A stretch of DNA of 64,000 nucleotides from Kiloniellaceae bacterium (GCA_021776095.1 JAJFGO010000058.1:6652-70651), one strand, 5' to 3'; shown: positions 34,828 to 44,560, counted from the first letter of the stretch. Translations and numbers: made by a program. Notes: generated by a model from the letters alone, not told the origin.

Positions 34828-35428
34828 GCTCATGCGCGCCATTTGCGACGAGGTGGTGACCCGGATCCTGGCCAACGCCGACGAGCTGACCGACTTGGAT
34901 CAGGCAATCGGTGACGGCGACCACGGCATCAACATGAAACGTGGCTTCGAGGCCATCGCCGCACAGGCCGAGGAAATTTGCGGCCTGCCGCCTGGCGCGG
35001 CGCTGCAAAAGGCGGGCATGACCCTGGTCATGAAGATTGGCGGCGCCTCCGGGCCGCTCTATGGCTCCATGTTCATTGCCATGGGTAAGGCGATGACGGC
35101 GCCGCCGGATAGCCAGGAAGACCTAGCGGCGAGCCTCGCCGAAGGGGTCGAGGCGGTGAAAAAACGGGGCAAGTCCCAGGCAGGGGAGAAGACCATGCTC
35201 GATGTAATGGTGCCGGTATTGGCGGCTATAGACCAACCGACCGACGATCCTTTGAACGCGGCCCGGCAGGCGGCCGATCGCGGGCTGGAGGCGACCAAGG
35301 ATATGCTAGCGACCAAGGGCCGCGCCTCCTTTCTCGGCGAGCGCTCAATCGGTCACCTCGATCCCGGTGCGCGCTCCTCGGCGCTTCTGGTCCATGCGGT
35401 CTGTGACGTACTCGAGGGCCGAGCATGA
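34817..35428 (+). CDS. dhaL: Dihydroxyacetone kinase ADP-binding subunit DhaL
   Basis: Internal ATG overlapping the upstream stop. LDQAIGDGDHGINMKRGF is the DhaL signature. Confidence 0.85.
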   Translation: MAPELMRAICDEVVTRILANADELTDLDQAIGDGDHGINMKRGFEAIAAQAEEICGLPPGAALQKAGMTLVMKIGGASGPLYGSMFIAMGKAMTAPPDSQEDLAASLAEGVEAVKKRGKSQAGEKTMLDVMVPVLAAIDQPTDDPLNAARQAADRGLEATKDMLATKGRASFLGERSIGHLDPGARSSALLVHAVCDVLEGRA

Positions 35429-35814
35429 GCGAGCATGTAGCGATCGTAATCGTGTCCCACTCGCCCGATGTGGCCAAGGGCGCGGCCGACATGGTGCGGC
35501 AAATGGTCGGGTCCGAGGTCTCGGTCGCTTGGTGCGGGGGCGATCCGACCGGGCAACTGGGCACCGATGTCGCCGCGATCCAGGCGGCCATACGAAGCGT
35601 CAACGGCCCCATGGGCGTGGCTGTCCTGGTCGATTTGGGTGGCGCCGAAACTAACAGTGAAATGGCGATCGAGATGATGGCCGACGAGTTGCAGGGTGGC
35701 GTGGTTATCTGCAATGCGCCGATTGTCGAGGGCGCGGTCATGGCCGCGACCGAGGCTGCCGGCGGGGCCGCGCTGGATGCGGTTCGGGCCACGGCGGAGG
35801 AGTTCCTGTCATGA
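35425..35814 (+). CDS. dhaM: DhaM-type phosphoryl donor (PTS EIIA-mannose-like domain only)
   Basis: 129 aa. IVIVSHSPDVAKGAADMV contains the phospho-His region. ATGA overlap with dhaL. Confidence 0.8.
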   Translation: MSEHVAIVIVSHSPDVAKGAADMVRQMVGSEVSVAWCGGDPTGQLGTDVAAIQAAIRSVNGPMGVAVLVDLGGAETNSEMAIEMMADELQGGVVICNAPIVEGAVMAATEAAGGAALDAVRATAEEFLS

Positions 35815-36119
35815 CCGACGCGGCTCAGGAAACCTCGCCTGAGACCGCGCCGGTGACCGGCGAGGCGGTGGTGCGCGATCCGACCGGCCTGCACGCGCGA
35901 CCGGCGGTAAAACTTACCAAGCTGGCCAAGGGTTTCGATGCGACCATCGAAATCCGGGACGAGCGAAACGACAGATGGATCAACGCGAAATCGCCCAATG
36001 CAGTGATGAAGCTAAGGGTGGCGTCGGGCGACAGCCTCTCGATCCGGGCGCGCGGCGCTGGCGCCGGGCCGGCGGTTGCCGCCATGGTGGCCTTGATCGA
36101 GCGTAACTTCGATGGTTGA
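35811..36119 (+). CDS. HPr-family phosphocarrier protein
   Basis: 102 aa. The GLHARPAVKLTKLAKGF active-site His region follows an N-terminal extension of roughly 25 aa. Confidence 0.8.
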   Translation: MTDAAQETSPETAPVTGEAVVRDPTGLHARPAVKLTKLAKGFDATIEIRDERNDRWINAKSPNAVMKLRVASGDSLSIRARGAGAGPAVAAMVALIERNFDG

Positions 36120-37734
36120 GCCCGAGGGCGAGCGTGTCATCGAGGGGATTGCCGCGGCCGAGGGGCTGGCGGTCGGACCGATTGTGTTCCAGCACACGGC
36201 AAGCCTGGGCCATCGCGCGGCGGGGTCTCCGCTAGAGGAACGCGAGGCCTTGAACGCGGCGATGGCCGAGGCGAGCCGGGAGATCGGCGTCTTGGTCGCC
36301 GGCGCCGACAAACTCGCCGCTGAGATCTTGGAATTTCAAGGCGCCCTGCTGGAGGATGAAGACCTTCTGGGCGCGGTCCTCGGTCAACTCGATGCGGGCG
36401 GTGCCGCGCACGACGCCTGGGCCGAGACGATCGACGGCGAGGTCGCGGAATACCGTGCCGGCGACGACGAGTATTTTAGGGCCCGGGCCGAGGACTTGCT
36501 CGACCTCAAGACCCGGGTTCTGAGGCGCCTGCACGGCGCGGCGGCCTGTGACTTGCCACCGGCGGCCGAGGACGGCATTTTGGTCGCCGAGGACCTGACG
36601 CCGTCGCGCTTCCTGGAACTCGACTGGTCGCTGCTGCGCGGTGCGGCCATTCAAGGTGGCAGTCCGACCAGTCATGTGGCGATCCTGGCGCGCGCGCGCG
36701 GCATTCCCTTGGTGGTTGGCCTCGATGCGGAGCTCGACGATTGCATACAGGGCGCCCCCGCGGTGCTCGATGCAAAAACCGGCCGGCTCGTGATCGCGCC
36801 CAATAAAGGCACCCTGGCGAGAATAAAGCGTGCGCAGGCCGCCTTGGCCTCGGAGCGGTGCGCGGCCGAGGCCCTGGTGGACCGGCCGGCCGTCCTAACG
36901 ACGGGCGACACCGTTCAGGTGCTCATCAACGTGGACGATCCGGCGATCCTCGAGGCCACCGTGCCGGCGCATTGCGACGGAATCGGCCTGACCCGGACCG
37001 AATTCTTGTTCCGCGACGGGCACCTGCCCGGAGAGGACGCGCAATTCGAGGCCTACCGGCGCCTGATCGTTTGGGCCGGTGGGCGGTCGGTGACGATCCG
37101 CACCTTGGACGCCGGGGGCGACAAGCCGATTCCGGGCGTAACCCCGATCGGGGAGACGAATCCCTTCCTGGGTGTGCGGGGGCTTCGACTTTCGCTCCAG
37201 ACACCGGCGCTCTTTGCCGTGCAGTTGAGGGCTTTAGCGCGGGCCGCGGCCCTGGGCCCGCTCAAGGTTATGGTGCCCATGGTCACCGTGCCGCAGGAAA
37301 TGGATCGGGTCCGAGCGCTTTTGAACGATACCCTCGCGGGCCTGGCCGCCAAGGGGGTCGCGCACGCGCGACCCGCGTTGGGCATGATGGTCGAGGTGCC
37401 GGTCGCGGCCATGACCGCCGATCGCTTCGATGTGGATTTCTTCTCCATCGGCTCCAACGACTTGGTGCAATACCTAACCGCCTGCGCACGCGACAATCCC
37501 GCGGTCGCGCCGCTCGCCGATCCGCGCAACCCGGCGGTCCTGGAGCTGATTCGCCGGGTCGTGGAGGCCGCGCGCGCGAAAGGGGTTGAGGTCAGCTTGT
37601 GCGGCGACATGGCGTCGGACCCGGATCTGGTGCCGCTTTTGCTGGATTGCGGGCTCAGGTCGATCTCCGTGGCGCCGGCGCTGATTGGCCGGGTCAAGCT
37701 CGCGATCCAGCGCCACGGTGGAGGGGCGGGCTGA
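36112..37734 (+). CDS. ptsI: Phosphoenolpyruvate-protein phosphotransferase (PTS enzyme I)
   Basis: 540 aa. GGSPTSHVAILARARGIP (catalytic His), LTRTEFLF, and a PEP-utilising C-terminal domain with SIGSNDLVQY. Confidence 0.85.
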   Translation: MVEPEGERVIEGIAAAEGLAVGPIVFQHTASLGHRAAGSPLEEREALNAAMAEASREIGVLVAGADKLAAEILEFQGALLEDEDLLGAVLGQLDAGGAAHDAWAETIDGEVAEYRAGDDEYFRARAEDLLDLKTRVLRRLHGAAACDLPPAAEDGILVAEDLTPSRFLELDWSLLRGAAIQGGSPTSHVAILARARGIPLVVGLDAELDDCIQGAPAVLDAKTGRLVIAPNKGTLARIKRAQAALASERCAAEALVDRPAVLTTGDTVQVLINVDDPAILEATVPAHCDGIGLTRTEFLFRDGHLPGEDAQFEAYRRLIVWAGGRSVTIRTLDAGGDKPIPGVTPIGETNPFLGVRGLRLSLQTPALFAVQLRALARAAALGPLKVMVPMVTVPQEMDRVRALLNDTLAGLAAKGVAHARPALGMMVEVPVAAMTADRFDVDFFSIGSNDLVQYLTACARDNPAVAPLADPRNPAVLELIRRVVEAARAKGVEVSLCGDMASDPDLVPLLLDCGLRSISVAPALIGRVKLAIQRHGGGAG

Positions 37735-37735
37735 C

Positions 37736-38167
37736 ATGAGCGATGGGCCCGACGCGCGCTCCCGAACAGAGCAGGCGGTGGTCGCCTACAAGACGCTGTT
37801 GCGGGAATTCATCGACCGCCGGCCGTCCGGCACTCGCCAGAGGTTGGCGGTGGCCCTGGGCACGCACAAAAGCTTCATTTCCCAGATCACCAACCCGGCC
37901 TACCGGATCCCGTTGCCCGCGCAGCACGTGGCGACCATCTTCAAGATTTGCCACTTCGCGCCGGAGGAGCGCAGCGCCTTCATGGAGCCCTTTCGGGCGG
38001 CCCACCCCAACCAGGCCAAAGCCCTGGAGGTCGAAAGTCGGGGTGGCAGCCGAATCCTTGAAATCGAAATTCCGTCGTTCCAAGATCCGGCCCGCCAAGA
38101 GCGCGTCGCCGAAACCATTCAAGCGGTCGCCAAAAGAATCATTGCCCTTGCGGCCGAAGGCAATTGA
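37736..38167 (+). CDS. XRE-like helix-turn-helix protein, putative regulator
   Basis: 143 aa from an ATG 1 nt after the ptsI stop. RQRLAVALGTHKSFISQITN resembles an XRE-family HTH. Located between ptsI and dhaK. Confidence 0.45.
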   Translation: MSDGPDARSRTEQAVVAYKTLLREFIDRRPSGTRQRLAVALGTHKSFISQITNPAYRIPLPAQHVATIFKICHFAPEERSAFMEPFRAAHPNQAKALEVESRGGSRILEIEIPSFQDPARQERVAETIQAVAKRIIALAAEGN

Positions 38168-38198
38168 GCGCTCCGCTTCAATCAGGGAGGCATGAGAC

Positions 38199-39185
38199 AT
38201 GAAGAAACTCCTCAACAAAGTTGACGATGCCCTGGCCGACAGCCTCAACGGCTTCGGCGCTGCCCACCGGGATCTGGTTTCGGTCAACCTGGAGCCGAGG
38301 TTCGTGACCCGTGCCGGCGGCACGCCCAAGGGTAAGGTGGCCTTGATCTCCGGCGGTGGCTCCGGTCACGAGCCCTTGCATGCGGGTTTCGTGGGCACCG
38401 GCATGCTTGACGCCGCCTGTCCCGGCGAGGTTTTTACCTCCCCGACACCGGACCAGATGCTGGCCGCGGCCCAGGCGGTCGAGGCCCCGGCCGGCGTCCT
38501 CTTCATCGTTAAGAATTACTCCGGCGATGTCATGAATTTCGAGATGGCCGCCGAAATGATGGAGGGACCCAATGCGACTGTTCTCACCAACGACGATGTC
38601 GCGGTGGAGGATTCGCTTTACACCCAAGGCCGGCGCGGCGTGGCCGGCACCATCGTGGTCGAGAAGGTCGTCGGGGCCGCGGCCGAGGCCGGCGCGGACC
38701 TGGCGGCCTGCAAGGCCTTGGGAGACCGGGTCAACGCCGCCAGCGGCACCATGGGCGTCGCCCTGACCAGCTGTACCGTGCCCGCCGCCGGCAAGCCGAC
38801 TTTCGATTTGGGCGCGGACGAGATGGAAATGGGAGTCGGAATCCATGGCGAGCCGGGACGGCGCCGGGTCAAGATCATGGCGGCGAAGGAGATCGCGGCC
38901 GAGATGGTCGAGGCTATAGCCGCTGCCCTCGAACCCAAGTCCACGGACCCGGTCATCCTTCTGGTCAACGGCATGGGCGGCACGCCGCTAATGGAGCTCT
39001 ATGTGGTCTATGGCGCGGCGCGGCGCCTATGCGAGGACCGGGGGCTCAAGGTCGCGCGCTCCCTGGTCGGGAACTATTGCACCTCGCTGGACATGGCGGG
39101 CTGTTCGATTTCCCTGACCAAAGCGGACGACGAAATACTGAAGCTCTGGGACGCGCCGGTCCATACCGCCGCCCTGCGCTGGTAA
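38199..39185 (+). CDS. dhaK: Dihydroxyacetone kinase substrate-binding subunit DhaK
   Basis: 328 aa with AGGGAGG SD. LISGGGSGHEPLHAGFVG signature. Confidence 0.9.
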   Translation: MKKLLNKVDDALADSLNGFGAAHRDLVSVNLEPRFVTRAGGTPKGKVALISGGGSGHEPLHAGFVGTGMLDAACPGEVFTSPTPDQMLAAAQAVEAPAGVLFIVKNYSGDVMNFEMAAEMMEGPNATVLTNDDVAVEDSLYTQGRRGVAGTIVVEKVVGAAAEAGADLAACKALGDRVNAASGTMGVALTSCTVPAAGKPTFDLGADEMEMGVGIHGEPGRRRVKIMAAKEIAAEMVEAIAAALEPKSTDPVILLVNGMGGTPLMELYVVYGAARRLCEDRGLKVARSLVGNYCTSLDMAGCSISLTKADDEILKLWDAPVHTAALRW

Positions 39186-39352
39186 GGCAAGGCGTTGGCG
39201 CGAATCACCGAAGTTAATTGCTGAGGCCTATGTGGCCACGTCGTTCGCCGAACCTGTGGCGTGGGATGGGCTTTGGGGGCTCTTTTCCAGGGCGATGTCG
39301 ATCAGACGCGGCAGGATGCGCCGAATGCCGACACGGCTCCAGTTAGGAGAGT

Positions 39353-40264
39353 CTACAGCCGCTCCGCATGTGCTGTCTCGCCAGCGCCGGTGCTGCGGGC
39401 GACGGTAATGCCGATGTCCGATGGGGTTGGCGCCACATGTACGCCGACTTCCTGGAGTATCCTGACTTTCTCGTCGGCACTCTCGCCGAAGGCGGAAATG
39501 ATCGCTCCAGCGTGCCCCATGCGCCGCCCTTTGGGTGCGGTCAACCCGGCCACGTAGGCAATGACCGGCTTGGTCATGTAATCGCGGATGTAGCTAGCCG
39601 CCGCGGATTCCTGCGGCCCCCCGATTTCGCCGATCATAACCACGGCATCGGTTTCCGGATCGGCCTGGAACAGCTCCAGGATATCTTTGAAGGAACTGCC
39701 GTTGATCGGGTCGCCGCCAATTCCGACGCTGGTCGACACGCCGAGGCCCAGGGCCTGCATCTGCGAGGCTGCCTCGTAGCCCAGAGTGCCCGAACGTCCG
39801 ACGATGCCGATCCGCCCCGGCGCGTAGATGTGCGGCGGCATGATTCCCATCATGGCCTGGCCAGGCGAGATCACTCCCGCGCAATTCGGCCCAATTAGGC
39901 GCATGCGCTGTTCCTTCTTGTAGCGGCGCATGTAGCGTTTTACCTGGATCATGTCGCCGGCGGGGATGCCGTCGGTGATTGCCACGCAGACCTCGATCCC
40001 GGCGTCGGCCGCTTCCATGATCGCATCAGCCGCGAAGGGCGGCGGCACGAACAGGAGGCTCGCCTTGGCACCGGTATCGCGCACCGCATCCTTGACCGAG
40101 TTGAAGACCGGCAGGCCGAGGTGGACCGTCCCACCCTTGCCCGGCGTCACGCCGCCGACGACCTTGGTGCCGTAGGCAGCCATTTCTTCGGTGTGGAAGC
40201 TGGCGATACGCCCCGTGACGCCCTGCACGATGACCGGGGTCGTGCGGTTGAGAAGAATGCTCAT
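39353..40264 (-). CDS. mtkB: Malate-CoA ligase (malate thiokinase) alpha subunit-like; succinyl-CoA synthetase alpha family
   Basis: 303 aa. The family is certain: [42 protein letters not shown]. Blocks [13 protein letters not shown] and [11 protein letters not shown] match my memory of Methylobacterium MtkB better than SucD. Confidence 0.65.
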   Translation of the reverse strand: MSILLNRTTPVIVQGVTGRIASFHTEEMAAYGTKVVGGVTPGKGGTVHLGLPVFNSVKDAVRDTGAKASLLFVPPPFAADAIMEAADAGIEVCVAITDGIPAGDMIQVKRYMRRYKKEQRMRLIGPNCAGVISPGQAMMGIMPPHIYAPGRIGIVGRSGTLGYEAASQMQALGLGVSTSVGIGGDPINGSSFKDILELFQADPETDAVVMIGEIGGPQESAAASYIRDYMTKPVIAYVAGLTAPKGRRMGHAGAIISAFGESADEKVRILQEVGVHVAPTPSDIGITVARSTGAGETAHAERL

Positions 40265-41469
40265 GCCACCTGCTCCTTTGCACGGACCGTATCTCGGTTA
40301 GTGCGGCCTTCACGCCAGGCGGCGACGACTTTTTCCGCGGCCTCGGCCAGGGTCGCGGCCGCGATGATGGGGCGGCCGCTGGTCTCGAGGATCGTGCGGC
40401 CCTCCTCGACATTCGTACCCGCCAGACGCACCACCAGCGGAACGGACATCTCGACCTTGTCGAGCGCCTGGACGATGCCACTGGCGACCCAGTCGCAGCG
40501 ATTGATGCCGGCAAAAATGTTGACAAGCAAAGCCTCGACTCGTTCGTCCGAGAGCACCACGTTGAAGGCCTTGGCCACGCGTTCGGGCGTCGCGCCGCCG
40601 CCGATGTCGAGGAAATTGGCCGGCTCGCCCCCGGCGTGTTTGATCATGTCCATGGTCGCCATGGCCAGGCCGGCGCCGTTAATGATGCAGCCGATGGCGC
40701 CGTCCAGGCCGACATAGCTCAGGCCCCGGTCGGTCGCGCGGGTTTCGCGCGCGTCCTCTTGCGATTTGTCGCGCAATTCGGAGATCTCCGGCCGGCGGAA
40801 CAAGGCGTTATCGTCGAAGGTCATCTTGGCGTCGAGCGCCACGAGGCTGCCGTCCGCCGCCACAGCCAGCGGATTGATCTCGACCATGGTCGCGTCAAGG
40901 TCGCGGAACGCCCGGTAGCAGCCCAGGATCGTCTTTACGCCCTGCGCGACTTGTGTGGACTCCAGGCCCAGCGCAAAGGCGATCTCGCGCGCCTGAAAGG
41001 CCTGCATGCCGACCGCCGGCTCGACGCTGACGCGCACGATACTCTCCGGCCGCTCGCGCGAGATTTCCTCGATTTCCATGCCGCCGGCCCGCGAGGCGAC
41101 GACCATGACCCGCTCAGTGTCGCGGTCGAGTACGAAGCCCAGGTATAGCTCCGTCTCGACATTAGTGGCGGCTTCGACATAGAGACGGTAGACGACCTTG
41201 CCGGCGGGGCCGGTTTGGTGCGTGACCAAGCGTCTGCCGAGCAGCGAATCGGCCGCGTCCCAGACCTGATGCTCGTCGGTGCAGAACTTGATCCCGCCGG
41301 CCTTACCGCGCGCACCGGAATGAACTTGCGCCTTGACGACCCAGCCGGCGCCGCCGATCTCGCGCGCACGATAGGCCGCTTGTTCGGGGCTGTAGGCCAA
41401 CCCGCCGCGCGGGATCGGCACGCCGAAATTGGCGAGCAGTTCCTTGGCCTGATATTCGTGAATGTCCAT
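40261..41469 (-). CDS. mtkA: Malate-CoA ligase beta subunit-like; succinyl-CoA synthetase beta family
   Basis: 402 aa. [12 protein letters not shown] start. [23 protein letters not shown], and [13 protein letters not shown] (SucC usually has NIFGGI.RCD) resemble MtkA as I recall it. Confidence 0.65.
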   Translation of the reverse strand: MDIHEYQAKELLANFGVPIPRGGLAYSPEQAAYRAREIGGAGWVVKAQVHSGARGKAGGIKFCTDEHQVWDAADSLLGRRLVTHQTGPAGKVVYRLYVEAATNVETELYLGFVLDRDTERVMVVASRAGGMEIEEISRERPESIVRVSVEPAVGMQAFQAREIAFALGLESTQVAQGVKTILGCYRAFRDLDATMVEINPLAVAADGSLVALDAKMTFDDNALFRRPEISELRDKSQEDARETRATDRGLSYVGLDGAIGCIINGAGLAMATMDMIKHAGGEPANFLDIGGGATPERVAKAFNVVLSDERVEALLVNIFAGINRCDWVASGIVQALDKVEMSVPLVVRLAGTNVEEGRTILETSGRPIIAAATLAEAAEKVVAAWREGRTNRDTVRAKEQVA

Positions 41470-41518
41470 GACGCACCTCCCGGTCGGGTGGGCCGAGCTT
41501 TATCGGGTTCTTTTTGGG

Positions 41519-42724
41519 TTACATGCTGGCGGCGGACGCCAGCGGCATGTCCACGGGCCGGGCCGTCTGGCGGTAGTACTCCTGCGCGGCGGCAACCCCG
41601 CTGCCTAATTCCACCGCGATACCCAGGTCTCGCATCGCCATCTCGCTGCCCGCGATCGCGGTCAAGAGCGTCAGATCGTTAAGGTCGCCCAGATGCCCGA
41701 TCCGGAACACCTTGCCGGCCACCTTGGACAGGCCGAGCCCGAGCGACAGGTTGTAGCGCAGGTAGGCCAGCCGTACGACCGCGTTGCCGTCGAAACCCTC
41801 GGGCACGCAAATCGCGCTAACCGTGTCGGAGTACCACTTGGCTTCCTTGGCGCAGAGCTTCAGGCCCCAGGCGCCGACCGCGCGGCGCACGCCCTCGGCA
41901 AGGCGATGGTGGCGCGCGAATACGTTCTCCAGGCCCTCCTCGAGCAGCAGGTCGATCGAGGCGCGCAGACCGTGGAAAAGAGTGGTCGCCGGTGTATAGG
42001 GGAAAAAGCCGTCCTTGTTAGTGCGCATCATGTCGCCGAAATCGAAGAAACAGCGCGGGCACTTGGCCGACTCGTAGGCGGTCAGCGCCTTCTGGCTCGC
42101 GGCGACGATGGCGAGACCGGTCGGCAGCATGAAGCCTTTCTGCGAGCCGCTGACCGCGAGGTCCACGCCCCATTCGTCCATCCGGAAATCGATGCTGGCG
42201 ATCGAGCTAACGCCATCGACGTAGAGCATGGCCGGGTGCCCCGTCGCGTCCATGGCTCGGCGCACGCCGGCCACGTCGCTGGTCACGCCGGTCGCGGTCT
42301 CGTTCTGGCACACCAGAACGGCCTTGATCTCGTGCCTTTTGTCGGCGGCCAGGTGCTCGCCGAAAACATCGACCGGTACGCCCCGACCCCATTCGACGTC
42401 GACGACTTCGACTTCGAGCCCATGGCGCTGGCACAAATCGATCCAGAGGTGCGAGAACTGCCCGAAGCGGGCGGCCAGCACCTTGTCGCCCGGCGACAGC
42501 GTATTGGTGATTGCGGCTTCCCAACCGCCGGTGCCGGAACCGGGAAACAGGAAAACCTGTCCGGTTTCGGTCTTGAAGATCTTTTTCAAGTCGCGAAACA
42601 GCCCCAGCGAGAAGTCCGGAAAGTCGGGCGCGCGCTGATCCTGCATCGGTACGTCCATGGCCCGGCGGATCGCGTCCGGCACGTTCGTTGGACCGGGGAT
42701 GAAAAGGGCGTTTCGTCCAGGCAT
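41519..42724 (-). CDS. sga: Serine-glyoxylate / alanine-glyoxylate-type class V aminotransferase
   Basis: 401 aa. N-terminal LFIPGPTNVPDAIRRAM and FLFPGSGTGGWEAA. The SGSQKGFMLP lysine motif is typical of SGAT/AGXT. Confidence 0.75.
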   Translation of the reverse strand: MPGRNALFIPGPTNVPDAIRRAMDVPMQDQRAPDFPDFSLGLFRDLKKIFKTETGQVFLFPGSGTGGWEAAITNTLSPGDKVLAARFGQFSHLWIDLCQRHGLEVEVVDVEWGRGVPVDVFGEHLAADKRHEIKAVLVCQNETATGVTSDVAGVRRAMDATGHPAMLYVDGVSSIASIDFRMDEWGVDLAVSGSQKGFMLPTGLAIVAASQKALTAYESAKCPRCFFDFGDMMRTNKDGFFPYTPATTLFHGLRASIDLLLEEGLENVFARHHRLAEGVRRAVGAWGLKLCAKEAKWYSDTVSAICVPEGFDGNAVVRLAYLRYNLSLGLGLSKVAGKVFRIGHLGDLNDLTLLTAIAGSEMAMRDLGIAVELGSGVAAAQEYYRQTARPVDMPLASAASM

Positions 42725-42779
42725 GATGTCTCTCCTTGTTTCGGCGTCTGCGTTTTGGCGCAGGCGCCCGACGTTCGCG

Positions 42780-43307
42780 TCAATAAACGTTCCGGTCGAC
42801 CCAGCGGATGGCGCTCGCGAAATCCCACGACGCCCCGGCAGCGGGCCGATCGCTCGCGCGCAGTTCCAACGCCTGCTTCATTTCCGCGCCGACCTGGGTG
42901 GGGCTTGCGGCGACGGCGACGCCCATGCCGCTCAGCGCCCGAAGAGTCCTCTGCCGGCGGCCATGCGCGAAGGAAACGACGTTCTCCGGCTTCGCCGCCG
43001 GTTCGCGCCACTCGCCCGGCTCTTGCCCGAAACATACGACAACGGGCTTGCGCCAAGCCTCGGCGGCCAGGAGCGCCAGTTCCGCGTCGCCGAATCGCGC
43101 GTTCTCGTCCACGACCAGCACGACACCCTCGATCTTGGCATCGCCGAGTAAGAGGCGCAGGCATGCCAAGGGGCTCGGAGTCGAAAGGTCATCGACCGAA
43201 AGGGTCCTATCGGTGGCCGGATTTCGGCCAAGATCGATGGCGCCGGGGCGCGCGGCGAACAGCGGCGGTAATTTCCCGGCCATGGACAAGACAGCGATCA
43301 CCGGCAC
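42780..43307 (-). CDS. Stand-alone degenerate SucD C-terminal (CoA-ligase flavodoxin-like) domain protein, function unknown
   Basis: 175 aa. GTG start preceded by AGGTAGGAAGGA. By eye it is collinear with the second half of SucD/MtkB: IAVLSMAG ~ IGIVSRSG; EGVVLVVDENAR ~ [10 protein letters not shown]; RKPVVVCFG ~ KPVV.YIAG; MGVAVAASPTQVG ~ AGV.V...P..IG. First gene of the sga-mtkAB operon. Confidence 0.4.
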   Translation of the reverse strand: MPVIAVLSMAGKLPPLFAARPGAIDLGRNPATDRTLSVDDLSTPSPLACLRLLLGDAKIEGVVLVVDENARFGDAELALLAAEAWRKPVVVCFGQEPGEWREPAAKPENVVSFAHGRRQRTLRALSGMGVAVAASPTQVGAEMKQALELRASDRPAAGASWDFASAIRWVDRNVY

Positions 43308-43447
43308 ATCCTTCCTACCTTCTTGGCGCGGCCCGATTTGTTTAGCGGCCCGGCCTTTCGGCTGTTAAGCATTACTAGATTTATTGCATCACCCTATCCA
43401 GCCCATGTAAATTGCACTAATTGTAATGGCATTCATGAGTTATTCTG

Positions 43448-44380
43448 ATGGCAAGTCTCAGGTCGAAGTTGCCCCCGCCGAACAGCTTGGTCGCCTTCGA
43501 AGCGGCGGCCCGGCACCTCAATTTCACGCGGGCGGCCCGGGAGCTTGGCGTCACCCAGGCCGCCGTTAGCCGCCAGATGCAGATTCTGGAGGACCACTTC
43601 GGCGCCGCCTTGTTTCGGCGGCAACCGCGGGCCCTGCAACTGACCCCGGCTGGGCGCCGGTTTCAGGCCGCCGTGACTATGGGCCTGGAACACATCGCCA
43701 ATACGGCCGCCGAGCTGCGCCGGGTGAAGCGCACCGGCGACATCACGGTGTCGACCAGCGTAACCTTTGCTTCCTATTGGCTGATGTCGCGGGTCGCGAA
43801 GTTCCGCGCCGCCCATCCGGAAATCGAACTGCGCCTCGTCGCCTCCGCGCCGGTCTCGGACCTGGCGATCGCGGGAATCGATCTGGCGGTACGCTACGGC
43901 CGCGGAGACTGGCCCAATGTCAAGGCTATTCACTTGCTCGACAACGAGGTCTTTCCGGTTTGCGCGCCCGGTTATCTGAAGGGGCGCCCGCTCTTGCTCC
44001 ATCCACGCGAACTGCTCGGCGAGACCCTGCTGCACCTAGTCGAGCACGACCGTAACTGGGTGACCTGGAATGCCTGGCTCAAGGCGGCCGGCGCCGGGGG
44101 TATGCCGTCGAAGCGTGGCATCGAGTTCGATAACTATTTGGTGCTGGTGCACGCCGCCCTGGACGGCCAAGGCATCGCCCTGGGCGGCGGGCGCCTGGCG
44201 GGCGATTTCCTGGCGTCCGGTGACCTAATCCGTCCGATCGACGCGAAGCTCAGCTCCGGCCAAGCTTTCTATCTGCTGATGCCCAAGGAGGTGCCGCTGA
44301 GTCGCCCCGCCGAGATGTTTCGCGACTGGATCCTGGCCGAGTCGGCGCAAGGTAAAATCGATCCTCCCGCCGAGACCTGA
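43448..44380 (+). CDS. LysR-family transcriptional regulator (GcvA-like)
   Basis: 310 aa with N-terminal HTH LVAFEAAARHLNFTRAARELGVTQAAVSRQMQILE. Divergent from the sga-mtkAB operon. Confidence 0.85.
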   Translation: MASLRSKLPPPNSLVAFEAAARHLNFTRAARELGVTQAAVSRQMQILEDHFGAALFRRQPRALQLTPAGRRFQAAVTMGLEHIANTAAELRRVKRTGDITVSTSVTFASYWLMSRVAKFRAAHPEIELRLVASAPVSDLAIAGIDLAVRYGRGDWPNVKAIHLLDNEVFPVCAPGYLKGRPLLLHPRELLGETLLHLVEHDRNWVTWNAWLKAAGAGGMPSKRGIEFDNYLVLVHAALDGQGIALGGGRLAGDFLASGDLIRPIDAKLSSGQAFYLLMPKEVPLSRPAEMFRDWILAESAQGKIDPPAET

Positions 44381-44560
44381 TACAGGCCGGCATTTCGGGG
44401 GGCGCCGAACGGCGGTTTTCCGACCCAATCATCGCCTCGAAACTCAGGCGTCTTCCAATGGGCTCACTCGTGCTGCACTATTTGTAGGTTAGAATGGAAT
44501 GCGCCGATCCAAATGCCCGGCGGCCAGATAGGCAGGGGGAACCGTTAGGGGGAGACCTTC

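Noticed and set aside
39186-39352. Expected bidirectional terminator between convergent dhaK and mtkB
   Set aside because: I could not draw a convincing hairpin with a U-tract, so nothing is reported.
41693-43345. 550-aa plus-strand ORF
   Set aside because: It is antisense to the aminotransferase and the 175-aa ORF, with a low-complexity Arg/Pro/Ala tail. The minus-strand genes have clear family motifs.
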